In this document: in pieces, positions 17,233 to 34,536 of the stretch
Layout of the letters: the number at the start of each line of letters is the position of its first letter
How positions within the stretch are numbered: the stretch's first letter is position 1
NCBI GenBank assembly: GCA_964035545.1
Contig: OZ037773.1
Coordinates: 5,175,751-5,239,750 of the forward strand
Source: Bugula neritina
Taxonomy: Eukaryota > Animalia > Bryozoa
Direction: 5' to 3'
DNA: 64,000 bases
Translations under genes and position numbers: made by a program
Notes under the pieces: model-generated
Seen by the model: the letters and a program-made list of their open reading frames with translations, nothing else
Databases searched by the model: none
Told to the model about the DNA's origin: nothing

Positions 17233-19084
17233 TTCTGTTAAGAATTCTGTTAAACCTTTAAATACAAAAACAGCAAATAATGCAACTTTCACCTAAAGCA
17301 TACTTTACTTATTTGAAAAAGTCAATTTTTTCTGTGCAACAGCTAATTGACACTGCAAGTAAATTCAACATAGAACTTTTGTAAAAAATATTGATTCCAA
17401 GTAAAAAAATATATCTAACAAAATGCTATGTAAACAGCTAAAGAACAATTTATTGCGTTTTGACTTTAACAAATTTGCTTTCAAGTAAATAATTAATATG
17501 TTTCTTTAATAACAGAACAATAGTTATATAAACAAGCTAACACAAAAACAAACAATTATCTTTAATACATCTACACATTTAGTTTGTTTCAACTTTTTTA
17601 TTTCCAATGCAAATAACATGCCTTTAGCTTGAAATGTGATGCATGGATGCCTTTTTATAAACATTCGCACTCAACTGGTTTTGAAAGAAGCACAACACTT
17701 GAATCTAAAAATATTTTCTGGGTATTTAGCTACATATGTAGTTAAAAGACACCATCGGTTATAGAGGTCTTTTTACGCGTTATCTCTTTTAAAAGAGTAC
17801 AACCTGTACCTTATTTATAAATCATTATTATGCGCGTAATATTTTTTTACTAAGTTAATAAAACATGTGGTCCTAAGTATAAGAAAGTGGAAAAATGATT
17901 TTCTTTTAATCATATTGCATTATAATATTAATAATTTGCAAATTTTTTCCCCAGAAAATCTGGCTGATAATATCACAATACGGTACCTATATAAAAAATG
18001 TGCCTTTATTATAATATGTTATATAGTGATAAATCATAAACAACTTTAATAAACTTGAATTTTGTTGAACAATATGAATTAGCTACAATTATTTTTTTAT
18101 TTATGCAACGCAGTTAGTCTTACTATGCTCGGAACACAGCTTTAGTTAGTACAGCTTTTCTTATTTCACTCTGTTTGTACTTTTAACAAAAGTATGCATA
18201 AAAATATATGATCCTGATTATTATTATTAAAATCGTGAGCATTTTTAACATCATTATGCCTTAAATTTGTGTTTTTATATGTTATAATAATGATTATATT
18301 TACTATTCTTTTTGTACCTGATATTGGTGTTTGTGCACATATTATGAATTGGTATAGTGTACATTTTCTTTATAAAATTATAGATAATTAGGATTCAAGT
18401 AATCACAAGTTTAGTTGATTGTGTTCTATAGTCAAAAACATGTGAGAACTGATTACCAAAAGTGAATAAAAGTTCATGGTGAAATTGTAAAGACAATTTA
18501 TTTAAATTTATATAATTTACCAAAAATTGGCAATTGACTTATAAAATTTATTTGAATGAAAAGATATCTCTTTAACCAATCAGAAATAGAGAAACATTAT
18601 GTATGCAAATTAATATTGTGCCTACATATGAGTTCATATATATAGGAGCATTGCAACCTTTTATTTTAGATTTAGGATCAAGCTGGTTTCCCGGTTCCCC
18701 CCCCCCCCAAAAGGCTCTTAGTTAAAATATACTGACCCTAAAAAGTTGCATGTTAAGCATCAAAATGTCTTCAGAATACAGCTGATTGAATATTCAATAT
18801 AAACCAAATATATTCGTGAAAAGCTAAGAAATTTACTCGATTTTAAAATTGATTATTGAGCATTATATTATTAATATTAAGGATTAAAATAATGTACAGT
18901 AAGATTTCCCTGCATGAAGTTGTCTACTCCTTTAAATGGTTAGTCATCAGGTCATAACAACATGAACGTTATTATAGGGTATTAGTATCATTGTTTGACT
19001 TTTTTCTGTGCAAAATAACTTTGAGATGTTAGGTAAGTTTTTTATTAGTTTTACTAAGCAAAATATTTAAATCAACAGATTTCT

Positions 19085-19252
19085 TCAGCTACACTATGAT
19101 ATTATTTACTTTTACACTATTATATTACTTACCTCTACACTATCAGAGTATACTTACCTCTACACTATGAGAGTATACTTACCTCTACACTATCATATTA
19201 CTTACCTCTACACTATGACAGTATACTTACCTCTACACTATCAGATTACTTA
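19085..19252. repeat. ~22-24-bp minisatellite (TACTTACCTCTACACTAT core)
   Basis: Tandem copies, with a paralogous array at ~13215-13330. Confidence 0.85.
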
Positions 19253-19693
19253 CTGCTGCTAAATGAGCTCTTGATAGCACAAAATGTTGCAGATATCTGA
19301 TATTTGCATAGAACGCTGATATAATGACTTTATTGCAACAGTGTGACAACAAGATACATATTGATTATCATGATGGCCAGGCATGACTAGCTGCTGTATG
19401 TATATTGCAAAGCGGATTACTGCAGCTATAAGTCTTGTGTTTTTAAAACTCAAAAATTTATTTTAAAAGCATGTTTGACAACAAAAAGCAGTGAAGAAGT
19501 AAGATTTAGCTCTTATGAATAAGACACATGAGTTTAAAAGAACAAGGATTGCGCAAAAGAAAAAAATTAGTACCTTTGTCATTATAATATGATAGAGGTT
19601 ATGTTTAGATGGATGACAGAAAATACTAATTTAAATAAATGACATTGAACATTTTACTTCAAATTTCGCTGCAGTAAATTTTAATGTTAATGT

Positions 19694-21581
<1,888 letters not shown>

Positions 21582-24187
21582 TTTGAAAAATATCAAGTTT
21601 TCTATCTCAACTTGTGACTTTTTATCCTAATTTAATAAGCTTTTACACTTCATTAACAATTGCAACTACTTCATTCACTGATTTGAATATGCATGATATA
21701 CTTGACTTATTGTTTTGAAAACTGCAACATTATTGATTTTTTAAACACCACAAAGGCTCTACAAGCACTTGTCAACTTAACTAGTGCTAAATTTATCTGT
21801 TTCTTTATCTTCTTTCAAAAGTTGTATTTAATTGTTCTTATGTTATGCAGTGTGATTATAATTTAAGTGTTTATTGTCTATAATATATTTTTGACTATAA
21901 ATAATGCTCTGATTTTATGCTGCAGGCAACTTATTGATCCAAAATAAATTAAACTTTTTTGAATTTTTTGGTAGCAAGCAAGTGCAGCGAATTATTAGCC
22001 TCTAACATGAAAAATAGCTCCATCCAGATTAAAAAATGCTATAAATATATTATATTATATTTGTTTGCTTAAACTGAGAACTTTTACAATTGTGTAGCTA
22101 CTTAGCAACACATGTAATGACCACAAATTCTAGCCCCAGATTTAACACTTGCGCTGCAAAAAAGTTTCATTTCAATACTTAACTACTATGCATTATTTAT
22201 TTTTGTGATATTGATCATAACCATCTGAGAAAGTCCTCTTTTATTTTTGCACACAAAAACTAATACAATATTTTTTAACATACGGAGGTAGAGCTCTGTA
22301 TTCTATATATAGCAGAGTTTTGTGTAAAATTTAGATTACCGTAGTATATCTTTAAAAAAAGGCCGTTGTTACAAAAAATTCGGTGAGCTCGCTCACCGAA
22401 TTTGTTTAATACCGTAATGAATAATATTTTATTATTAGTCTTTTTTGATTGGAAGTATATTATATATATTTAAAAAAATTATGTGTAGAAATGTTATAGA
22501 TGAAGTGTGTAAAAGGAAAGTTTTACTTTCTTCAATATTTCAATTAATGATAATATTACTATTCAGTGCTTTATAACATAGATATGACACAGGTTTTAAC
22601 AATATATGTTTTTAAGCCAATCTCCGAAATACAATTTTGAGATAGCCTATGTATCAACTATTTTGGATTTGTTATTAAAATACAGCAAGCTATAGACAAC
22701 TTAGTCTATATTTAGTTTAATTACTAACTAAATATTTACTTGAGGTAATTGCTGTTTCTCACACAACTTAGAAACAGCTATTATTAATACTCCACAAGTG
22801 CAACGTTCGATAACATTGAATAAGATATAAATAATATAAATCCATTTGAATTACGTCAGGTGCACTTAAAATTGACTTCTAACAAAAATGTTGAAAGCCT
22901 TTAGTTAATTGGTCAACTATACAAATGTTTAATAAACCATTTGTTTAAGTTTCTCATTTCCTTCTCATTGTTAAGAAAAGGATATGACGAGAGAAGTGGT
23001 TGGATGTTATTATACACAGTGTGTTGAAGAGGTTTGTATTACAGTGATTGTCAACAACGTGCTTTTTAAATATTGATAATTTTTTTATCGTATAAAAATC
23101 TCCAGCGTAGTTATTGATTTGCTGTAAAATGTTTACCTTCGAGTAATTTGAACTATTTTCCATCGTACTCATTATATAGTTATAGTATGTGAAATGAGAT
23201 GCTACAGGAAATAGGATTGTAATTGTAAGAAAAATGGAACAGCTAAAACCATATGTTGGAGAAATTACACACCCACTGCTTTGATCAGTGTCTCATGATG
23301 CTTTGTATGGTGTTGCAGCTATATATCTGGCCCATAGCTCTATTAGATATGTACATTATTGAAATTGTATTAACATTGCAACTTCAAAATAAAGTTGGGG
23401 AAGTATATCAAAGAAATTAGTAGTTTACAGTACCAATATTAGTTTAGTAATTACTGTGGCTAACTCTAATGGTTGTTGAAGTAGCAAAAAAATAACAAAG
23501 GTTTTTAGTATCATACCATCTGATGCCCTTGTTATACATTATTATCATTATTATTGTTGTTATTACAATAAACCTATTCATCACTGGCAAAAGTTTTTAA
23601 AAAATATTGAAAAATGTTTCTTGTTTCACTTGCAGAATAAACTTATATATAGTGATATTTTTTTGAGATCTAAGAGTTATATAATTTTACTGTCGGATAA
23701 GTTAGTGCAGAATTTAAGATATTAATGTAAAATAAGCTTGAATAGCAATGCTTGTGATTTAATTGATAATTTACCAAAGCTGTGCAATGACAGGCATTTT
23801 AAAAGAACACTTGTAAATACATACATACATTAGGCCTGTTTTATATGAAAAGTAAAAGCATGCACTCATTTTTCATGTAGGCACAAATTATAATGTAATA
23901 TAAAAATACTTCAAATATTTATATTTACTTTTATTTGAAAATTAAAGTAAGAGTTGATCTGTTCATTTAAATTATTGTTCTAAATCACAAAACTCATATT
24001 AAGTATATTTTATTGTCAAAAGTGCTATTTTTGCACAACTTTTAAGTTTGATACATAACACAACAATTTCACTTAGTATTATTTTTATGTTAAAAGTTTA
24101 TGCAGTATGTGCTGCATAAAGTTTTATGCTGCCCAACACAAATTATAAATAGGTTCAAGTAGTTTTCAAAGTCAAGGTTAATAGTTC

Positions 24188-27100
24188 TTATTTCTCGCAA
24201 ACATGTTTTCGAAATCCAGGAGTGCAAGTGTTGTCATACCAGACGAAGGTCGTGCGCATGATAAGACATGTTCCGAAGTTGTTGGGCCTCCCAGTCTCAA
24301 ATTTACTCATATCTAATGGGTCACCATTATCCCACTTCCATTCGCTGCCAACTTTAGTAGCACCCAACCATAGTTCGTGACTCCATGCTAAAAAGACAAT
24401 TGAAAAATTTAAAAATATATATTGGAATTTTGGGTAGCATGAGCTGCATTCGAAGCTGAGCTAAAAATAAGCCATGTTCAACAAAAGTGTTTGTGCAATG
24501 TATTGAAATTGCTAACAATAATTTTACACCACCTATCTGAATATCAGCCGTGTGATTATAAAAGCAACTAATTTAGTGCACTATACACACTTATAAACTG
24601 AAACAAATGTATGAAGGAAAGAGTACAAATATGCCGTTACATGATAGATTATATTTTACTTCAGTGCAATATATTCTAGCTGCAACCTGTTATAATATAC
24701 CATAAGGTTTCGCACTATCTATATACTCTATAGGCTACTGTCTACTCTATAGTGTATACTCTACACTATCTACTCTATATACTGCCTATACATACTTTAT
24801 GCTGTCTATACTCTATACTCTATACTGTCTACTCTATACTATATAATCTATAGTGTCTTTTGTATGCTATCTACTCTATAGTGTATACTCTACACTATCT
24901 ACTCTACATTATCTACTCTATAATACTGTATATACTCTATGCTATATACTCTACACTATCTACTCTACATTATATACTCTATAATACTGTATACTCTATG
25001 CTATATACTCTACACTATCTACTCTACATTATATACTCTATAATACTGTATACTCTATGCTATATACTCTACATATACTGCCTATACTTTATCTACTCTA
25101 CATTATCTACTCTATAATACTGTATATACTCTATGCTATATACTCTACACTATCTACTCTACATTATCTACTCTATAATACTGTATACTCTATGCTATAT
25201 ACTCTACACTATCTACTCTACATTATCTACTCTATAATACTGTATACTCTATGCTATATACTCTACACTATCTACTCTACATTATCTACTCTATAATACT
25301 GTATACTCTATGCTATATACTCTACACTATCTACTCTACATTATCTACTCTATAATACTGTATACTCTATGCTATATACTCTACACTCTCTATACTCAAC
25401 ATTATCTACTCTATAATACTGTATACTCTATGCTATATACTCTACACTATCTACTCTACATTATCTACTCTATAATACTGTATACTCTATGCTATATACT
25501 CTACACTATCTACTCTACATTATCTACTCTATAATACTGTATACTCTATGCTATATACTCTACACTATCTACTCTACATTATCTACTCTATAATACTGTA
25601 TACTCTATGCTATATACTCTACACTCTCTATACTCAACATTATCTACTCTATAATACTGTATACTCTATGCTATATACTCTACACTATCTACTCTACATT
25701 ATATACTCTATAATACTGTATACTCTATGCTATATACTCTACACTATCTACTCTACATTATCTACTCTATAATACTGTATACTCTATGCTATATACTCTA
25801 CACTATCTACTCTACATTATATACTCTATAATACTGTATACTCTATGCTATATACTCTACACTATCTACTCTACATTATCTACTCTATAATACTGTATAC
25901 TCTATGCTATATACTCTACACTATCTACTCTACATTATCTACTCTATAATACTGTATACTCTATGCTATATACTCTACACTATCTACTCTACATTATCTA
26001 CTCTATAATACTGTATACTCTATGCTATATACTCTACATATACTGCCTATACTTTATACTGTCTACTTTATACTGCCTATTGTATTTTTTAAATGCAAGT
26101 CAATATTGTTTTTTTTAATATATTAATATAGATATATGTTTATACTATAGCAGACTGAAGGAAAAGATAAAAGAGAATGAATAACAGAAAGTGCTGGGTT
26201 TTATAACAGGCTAAAAAGTTAGCTATTTTGTAGTAGCTAGAATCATAGTATCCTAATAAAGAAAACATAATGGAGCTAACATAGCTATGATAATATAGGT
26301 GAAACTGTAATTATTCAACAAGCTTTCCAAGCTCATGTAATGTCCCAACAATTATATTAGTTAGGCTATTAAAAATAGTTCAACAAATAAATGACACACA
26401 AATAAAATGAGGCTTGGTTTGTAAGTGAGCTTTAGCCCACATCCAGATTCTAGGATATGGAAAATCAGCATTTCCTTATAGGATGGAAAGTCAGCATTAA
26501 CTTATAAGCTATAAACCACAACTATCGCAACTTCTGGAGCTTATTTACTATTTGCAGAAGTGTTGGTGTTAATAACAGTCTAACTGTACACCTGATACAC
26601 TCACATGGATCTGAGGCTACTAGCATCTGATACCACTCATAGACCTCTTCAGTGTTTAACATGAGGAGAGAAGCTCCAACAGATTGGCAGTTGGAAACAG
26701 CGGCATTCCTGTTCCCACTTGACGGCCATAACTTGATGCAAGTCTCCTTAACAGGGTTTACTGTCCATCCTGCTTCACATACAATGCTTCTGAGCTCTGC
26801 AACATAACATAAAGCTTTTATCACTTTGGCATACTTCACCAGATTTCAACATATCCCAAATCATTCCAGTACAACCCCAAACTATTCCAGCACACCCTCA
26901 GACTATTCCAGCACACCTAAACTAGTACTCCAGCCCCCCCTCAAAACCACTCCCGCACACCCTATACCAGATTATAGCTCACCCCCAGCATATATTCCTC
27001 TGCAACACGATAAAGGCTGCATCATGGGCAATGATATATATATAGATTGAGATATTATGCTCTCACTCAATGCTCAGCAATGACATTCAGTGATTGAGCT

Positions 27101-27321
27101 CTCTCACCATGGCCACAAACTCAAGCTGCTAGCATTTTGCAAGGCTCGTGACTCCTAGGTGACCCCTAGAGTCACTTGAGCTCTCTGGCTTGAGTTTACA
27201 CACCTTTTAAATATGATTTAGTAGAAACATAAGTTTCTACTATTGCGAAGGTGTGAGCCATGGTACTCTGTTCTGTGCTGACGAGGGGACAAACCCCGAA
27301 ACAGCTGCTGTCCACAGATTG

Positions 27322-27387
<66 letters not shown>

Positions 27388-27934
27388 TATATTATAGAAA
27401 TAATAAAAGCTCACCTGTGTCATACACATCAGAGTAACCATTATCAGTATCTGATGAGCTCACATAAGTGTTGTACTTGGACCAGAAACATTCCTGAGTA
27501 GAATTCTTATAAGCAAAAGATTTACAGCCAGTATTTCTCAGACAGAGTTTTGCACATCTGGAGACAGAACTGAGTGAAACTGAAGTTGGACTCACTAAAA
27601 CTCGGTCTGTGGTGTTCAGATGTAAGTACAGGTTGTCTATATTACCAGAAACCTAAAAAATGAAACCTGAAATTATTAGTAATATTACCAGTAATTATCA
27701 TACTATAAACCTACATAAATTGATCACCTTCCACCGCCGTGGTCCTGCGCGGTTGGCAGGAAACCTACATAAATTATTATTCTGAAATAATATCTTTTGT
27801 TGTGCTTATATACACACCACACATACACACACACACCCCACACCCCACACCACACACCACACACCCCACACCCCACACCACACACCACACACCACACACC
27901 ACACACCACACACCACACACCCCACACACCACAC

Positions 27935-27979
<45 letters not shown>

Positions 27980-28261
27980 ACACACCACACACCACACACC
28001 ACACACCACACACCACACACCACACACCACACACCACACACCACACACCACACACCACACACCACACACCACACACAAAAATAAAGGTGAAGTCATTCTA
28101 CCTAATTTCACTCCACTAATAGTGTATGAAAAAAATTGTAATTTCTGCATAAAAAGGCAACACTTCAAATCAAATAAAGGATATAATAACCGAGTTACCT
28201 TGCATGCACTGAGTACTAATAGCATCAGTGAAATACGTAGAATACTCAGGGACATCAACAT
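24188..28261 (-). CDS. Lectin gene 5: signal + PAN + C-type lectin (RPN/WYD)
   Basis: Exons 28199-28261 (MLMSLSILRISLMLLVLSACK), 27415-27652, 26605-26796, 24188-24387 (WSHELWLGATK...RPNNFGTC...WYDNTC...HVCEK*). Confidence 0.9.
24715..26075. repeat. Minisatellite, ~51-bp unit built from ~17-bp subunits
   Basis: Tandem CTACTCTACATTATCTACTCTATAATACTGTATACTCTATGCTATATACTCTACACTAT-type units in intron 3 of gene 5. Confidence 0.95.
27053..27323 (+). mobile_element. ~270-bp Penelope-like terminal repeat / retrozyme-like unit, copy 1
   Basis: Highly similar to 28587-28856. Ends in a hammerhead and abuts (TA)n. Lies in intron 2 of gene 5. Confidence 0.65.
27273..27317 (+). ncRNA. Minimal type I hammerhead ribozyme, copy 1
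   Basis: CTGTG-CTGACGA-GGGG-ACAAA-CCCC-GAAA-CAG-CTG-CTG-TC-CACAG. It has the intact CUGANGA/GAAA/GUC core with helices I, II and a short III. Confidence 0.8.
27812..28077. repeat. (CACACAC/CA)n simple repeat
   Basis: Direct inspection. Lies in intron 1 of gene 5. Confidence 0.95.
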
Positions 28262-28545
28262 TTTCTAGTATAGATTTTGAAAGTCAATTTCTAAGAGAAT
28301 TATTATAACACATCAATCTGTCTAAGTGGTGCAGTTCTTTGTAAGTTTTGTTGTTGTTCTACAAAGTAGTATGGAAAAGCTGTCGATATGTAAAAAGTAT
28401 GAAATTATTGATTTTTCAAAAAGAAATCACAGATCCGGAAATTATCCCAATGCAAAGAAGTGAACCCCATATTGCTAGAAATTATATATGTAACTAGATA
28501 AGTGGTATATACATACACACATATATATAAATACATACCGTATTG

Positions 28546-28981
<436 letters not shown>

Positions 28982-29655
28982 TATCGATAACAGCACTAGC
29001 CATGCTGTCAAGTGTCACTTATATTGGCTTGCAAATTTGCTGACACTAATTTTTATTGCTAATTATTGTTTACCGTACCGTATATATAGTTTAAATAATG
29101 TTGAGAAGTACAATAATGTACAGGTCACACTAAACCTAATCAATACCTTCAGATATGTTGATTTTGGCTTATTGAAGTTATCACATTTCACAGCAGCAAA
29201 ACACAAAAAGAAAAGCAGTGCTTGAAGACCATAATATATTGCGGTTAAATGAAGTCATATATTTGATGTTTATATTTGGTGAAATAGCTTTGATTACTTT
29301 TTTGAAATGGTGCTGATAAATTACTCAATTTGATAAGCAAAAAAATGGCCAAAAGCAATAATTTTTGTCAGTTTAAATAACAAAAACATTGTTTGGCCCA
29401 AATATATAAATATATCTTTTCATGATTGCATATGGCTTGTAAAGCATTATTGTTAATTTATGACATGCATGTTTAGCCTGGAAATCATTTGCAAAACCTT
29501 TATTGCAACATGTAAGACCTTTATTGTAAGAGCAAAAGTATAAAATATATATGAACAGTATATGGTTTAATTTTTGTCATCAGGTTATATCCTTTATATC
29601 CAAGTGTGTGCAAATTAAAAATTACTAGTACTCAAAAGCCTTCTTTTGTATCTAT

Positions 29656-32083
29656 TCAGGTGTTTCTTTCACAAGCATAATGGCGTTGATAAGTGCAACC
29701 AGCATCATCAAAAGCAGGAGGTTTAGCTGGCTCAAATATTTGAAGACAATCTCCACTGCCATTTGGCTCTCCTTCACTAAAGTGGATGCTATTCACCAAA
29801 CTTCCATCATCCCATTTCCAAACTCCAGGTTCGAGTTGTTTAGCTCCCAAAAATGTCCTCTGTTGCCATCCTAAAAAAAAATTAATCGCATTCACTACAC
29901 TGAGTTAATTATTGTATATTATCATAACTATAAACATTGTTACAGGCGAATAAAAGTTTTTAACAAAACAAGTCTACTGGTCAGCATTAGAAGCTAAGTG
30001 GTTTCCATTGCATATTTCCATCTTACCTCTTCACATTTTGGAGTTGCATCCTTTGTTCATACTAAACAACACTTTTAAACTCACCAATATAGGCCATCCT
30101 AGTGTGAAAATTATTATAAAAGCATGCAAGAAACGCTATTTTATCATGTTTAGTCAAAGCACCTGTGTATGTCAGTCGAACTTCCATAAACCAATCAAGT
30201 GATTCATTAGAGTTTAGTATAGCTAAGGCTCCGCCCATTTCTTCACAGTTCTGTTTTGCCATTGCTCTGTTGACTTGGCCAAATACATTAACACATGTCT
30301 TTCTGAATGGGTTTCTCTCCCAGCCAGGGGCACATTGATCAACATCTGAAAATAATATATATATAGTTAATGACTTTATTTGACATACTGCTTATGTATA
30401 TATTTACATAAATAACTACATCTCATTTTTGGATAAATGCACAATCCAAAACATGTGAATCACACCTAATAAATTAAAATAAAATCACAGTAACAATTTA
30501 ACAATGCTTTTATGAAATTTTCACTTCATGCTCTCGAAACTTATGGCTTTTGGTGCATAAGTAGAGTCTGATGCTCATTCAGCACTGAATAAACTACTAG
30601 GCCAGAGAAGCGCATAGGTTGTATTTCATCTTTTTTTTAACATTCAAAACCTTTGACCCTCTTTCATACAACCTTTCTTATATAACCAACCAACCAATAC
30701 CAACCTTAGAACCTTGTGGGTCTATGCCTAGCTGAATAAATAATTGCTATAAATAGTTTAAAATAAAGGCTATTCTTTAATGCAGCAGTTTAATGGCTAA
30801 CAGTAGCCAGCTATATAGCTGAGTTAAGCTGAGTCATTCTAGCTTTGCAATTGAATTATATAGCAATAAGAACAAGTAGTGGACCACCACAAACCCTGGC
30901 CAAGTTGAAATGTGGTCCCAAAGCCCAGCTCCTAGTGCAAAAAAAACTTTATAGCTTTTATGCAGCATTTTATCTTTTTCTACTTTAAAAAACGTATTTA
31001 TTTGCAATTTCCACTATGCGTTATATAATACGCATTATGTGATATATTATACATCGCACTATACATTATAGTTACTACACATTGTACTATGCAACACAAT
31101 ATACATTACACCATACATTATATTGTATATTGTATTATATATTACACACGAAGACTATAGCGCAATTTATTTTTAACCACTCACTATACAGAAGGCTGGA
31201 AATAACCTAATATTTCTCTTCTCAACAGCACGTTCCACGCAGAAATGATAACTCCAAACTGAATAGAGTTTTCTTATCACTTTACTTATTACAAATACTC
31301 CAAGCTACAGGCTATAAAATAATGTTACATATTAAAACTTACGTTTATCATATACATAATCATATCCTTGTTCAGTGTACGAAGAGTTGTACAATGAAAC
31401 TGTTAGTGACCAATAGCAGAGCTTGTTAGATACACTGTAAGCAAATGACTCACAGTCTGTTTGAGTCAAGCAATGTCTAGAGCAATCTGTGAGAGCTTTG
31501 GTGGATGTTGTTTGAGGGTTGAACAGATATCTTCCAACGACCGGCTTAGATATGTAGGTAGCTGCTGTCAATCCCTTCACCTATATATTGATAATATAAG
31601 GTCATGATAATATTTATACATATGTACTTCAATAAGAGAATAAAAATCATTACTGGACTTATAACTAATAAATATAATGTGTAGAACTAAATGTTGAACA
31701 CAAATACACACACGAATGCACATACACACACATACACATACACATACGCAAAAACACGCACACATACGCAAAAACACAATGCCATCATATCATATATCAA
31801 GCGATTTATATATAACTAACACATTACATATAAATAAATAAACAAACATTTTATATATAATTGCAGATAGTTAAATGTGGTTACCTGGTATAACACAAAT
31901 CACTAAAGCATACATTTTCAACCCTCCATGCTCATGTAAATCTATATAATATACATACATACACCTATATATAAAAAGCATATGCTGTATAAATATGTAC
32001 AGCAATATTTTCATAAATAATAAACAACTTACGCTGTGATTAGAAGCTAAAGTTAGAGGAATGAGTGTTGCTAACCACCACAT
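29656..32083 (-). CDS. Lectin gene 6: signal + PAN + C-type lectin (EPN/FDD)
   Basis: Exons 32033-32083 (MWWLATLIPLTLASNHS, phase 0, least certain), 31343-31580, 30163-30345, 29656-29870. Confidence 0.85.
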
Positions 32084-34536
32084 AACGCATGTCACTTTAC
32101 CAACAACTTGATAGATACATAAAACGCTACCATGCACAGGTAGATGAAACACCACCTAAGTTGATGAAGTATATCAACAACTCAACTGCTCTTCTCCTAA
32201 TCGATGCATATAGAAATCTGTTAAATATTTATAAAACAAGGTGATATTATAGTCAACAGAAAGTCAAAGGATTAATTTCCTGATTGATCATGCACTGTCT
32301 ATATTTACTTAATTTTCAAATCTTCCTCTATTGAACCACCTGCAGCTATAATGCATTAGATCAAACAAGAATTAGTATTTTTGCAGCTTTTGTATTTAAG
32401 GTCAGCCTAAATTGGGAATAAAAACTTATATATGATCAATAAAATCAAATAAACTATGTTTTTACTGAAGCTAATTTATATACGTATATACATATATGTG
32501 AAAATGTTATCATTAGTTTGACTTCCAACATTACCACACGTATGCAAACCAAAATATGCTACCGAATTATATGCTGGAAAATTACTTTCAAACGCTTGCT
32601 AAATTATTATGACATAATAAACTATTGATATTTGTCCTGAACGTTTTAATTAAATTCAAAGTATATTGCACTAAAGAAGCCCATTACTATACAAAATCGC
32701 AATACAAGTTTTTGGCCAGCAATACAGTGCTAAACTTGAGAATTATATAGAGAAATTAATTGTTAAATGCAATAACTATAAAATATCAATAAAGCAAATG
32801 GCACGCAGGTAAATAAATTTATTACACTATTAATTAATTGTTTTTTGGACTTGAAACTTGCAAACATATATTTTAATAAATAAAACTTCATCAGAATCAA
32901 ACTGGGGAAAAGTTTTCAGACACTTTCTTTTTACTGCTATTTTGTCGACATACTAACAAAAAAGTCATACTGATTTCAATCAAAAGCAGCTAGTGAAAGG
33001 TTTACGTTTGTAGAATGTGTACACTAGATTCTGCAAGTGCAAAGTATACCAAATGCAATATGCACATGAAATCAATAATTGTCTTTCATTGATTAGAGGA
33101 ACTCAGTATATATACTTGCTATCTAATTGTAGAAATATAAAATACAGTTATATTACACAGTAACAAACAGCACTGTAAAACTGGTTTTATATATATGTAA
33201 TAATAATATTTCAGTTTCATTTTCACTCTTTATTTTAGCAGAACTCAGCTTAATATCAGAACCTTTTTTCTGTTTCATAAAAAGCTAAGTTTAAGATTCA
33301 TCTGCAGAATAGAATAGAATAAAATTTAGCTCCTCTCAATTTTTCACAGCTGCTTTATAATCATGTTCATTGAATATATACAAGACAGAAGTTCCTGAGC
33401 TATTGCTCTGGCCAGTCTTCAGTGCTAACAATTAGTCTCTTTCTCTATAGATAGCATATAGCCATATTATTTCTATGCCAATTTGCTGATTTTACCTTCT
33501 TATGTTAAACAAGTTTCTTGTTATGCTGTGTCCTTTTATTAAGGCCCCCTTATGACCCTCAGCTAACAATGCTAAGTTTAACTCTTATGCGATCACAGGG
33601 ACATAATTTCTTTACAAAAATTGCTCTATCCACAGATCAATTTCACACATATGTTCCTGTAACTATATAATACGTATTCTAATTTATTGACTATAATTAG
33701 CATTCTATTTCTATTTACCAGCTTTCTACACTACTTATGGTTTTATGATCACATTATAATTTTCTATAAAAGCTGTTCAATTTACCATATTTTTCAGCAA
33801 CTTACCCCAATTTGGAGATGAACTCTTCAGCAGATAGACACTATTGTGCTGCCTTAAAAGCATTTACTTATTGAAAATACTTAGTGATTCGAATTGGTGC
33901 TCATGGATCTTTGAGTATAGGATGTTGTACTGATAAAATATTTATAAATAACCGTAGCTTATTTACATGGATTATAAATATCTTCATGTGCGTGTAGCCA
34001 TACTGGCTTCAAGAATTGTTTGAAAAAAAAACATTAAACCGATCTTAAGACGTCAAGTTGTGTATTGCGCAATGAATCATGATAGTATTTAATTACTCCA
34101 AATAGACTCTTCATTAACACATCATTTTGGTTATATTTAATCAAAACTCGTAATTATAGTTTCTTTAAAGAAATCAATACTAAGCCATTATTATTTAAAC
34201 ATAAGCTAATAAAACACTTAATGCCAACTTAAACATAAACATTCATTTTGTTATAATTAGATTACCACTAGTTATTGATTGACTTTTATGAATGTTTTTT
34301 TCAAGAATAACAAAGTGCCTTAAGCTTTTATTGTAGTAAATTCTCAATTTAAGCTCAATATCTTTCATTTCCTCTCCCATTGACTTGAGGTGTTGTGCAG
34401 ACGTCATATGCACTATATAATTGCAGAAAATCTGTCATCAAACCTCACTGACATTTTATTTCAGAAGATGACTAGTTGAAGTTCACACCTCAAATACTGG
34501 TTTCTGAAACACATCTAAAGCTTCTATACCGGCGCC

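Noticed and set aside
24715-26075. Regular array that might suggest CRISPR or a repetitive protein
   Set aside because: It is a head-to-tail minisatellite with no unique spacers, no cas genes and a eukaryotic intronic context.
27724-28119. Cys/Val/Trp- and His/Thr-rich ORFs
   Set aside because: These come from the simple CA-rich repeat in intron 1 of gene 5.
31885-31915. Alternative signal exon for gene 6 (MYALVICVIP, CAG|GTAACC)
   Set aside because: It ends in phase 1 while the PAN exon starts in phase 0, and the phase-0 frame has stops. Exon 32033-32083 fits better.
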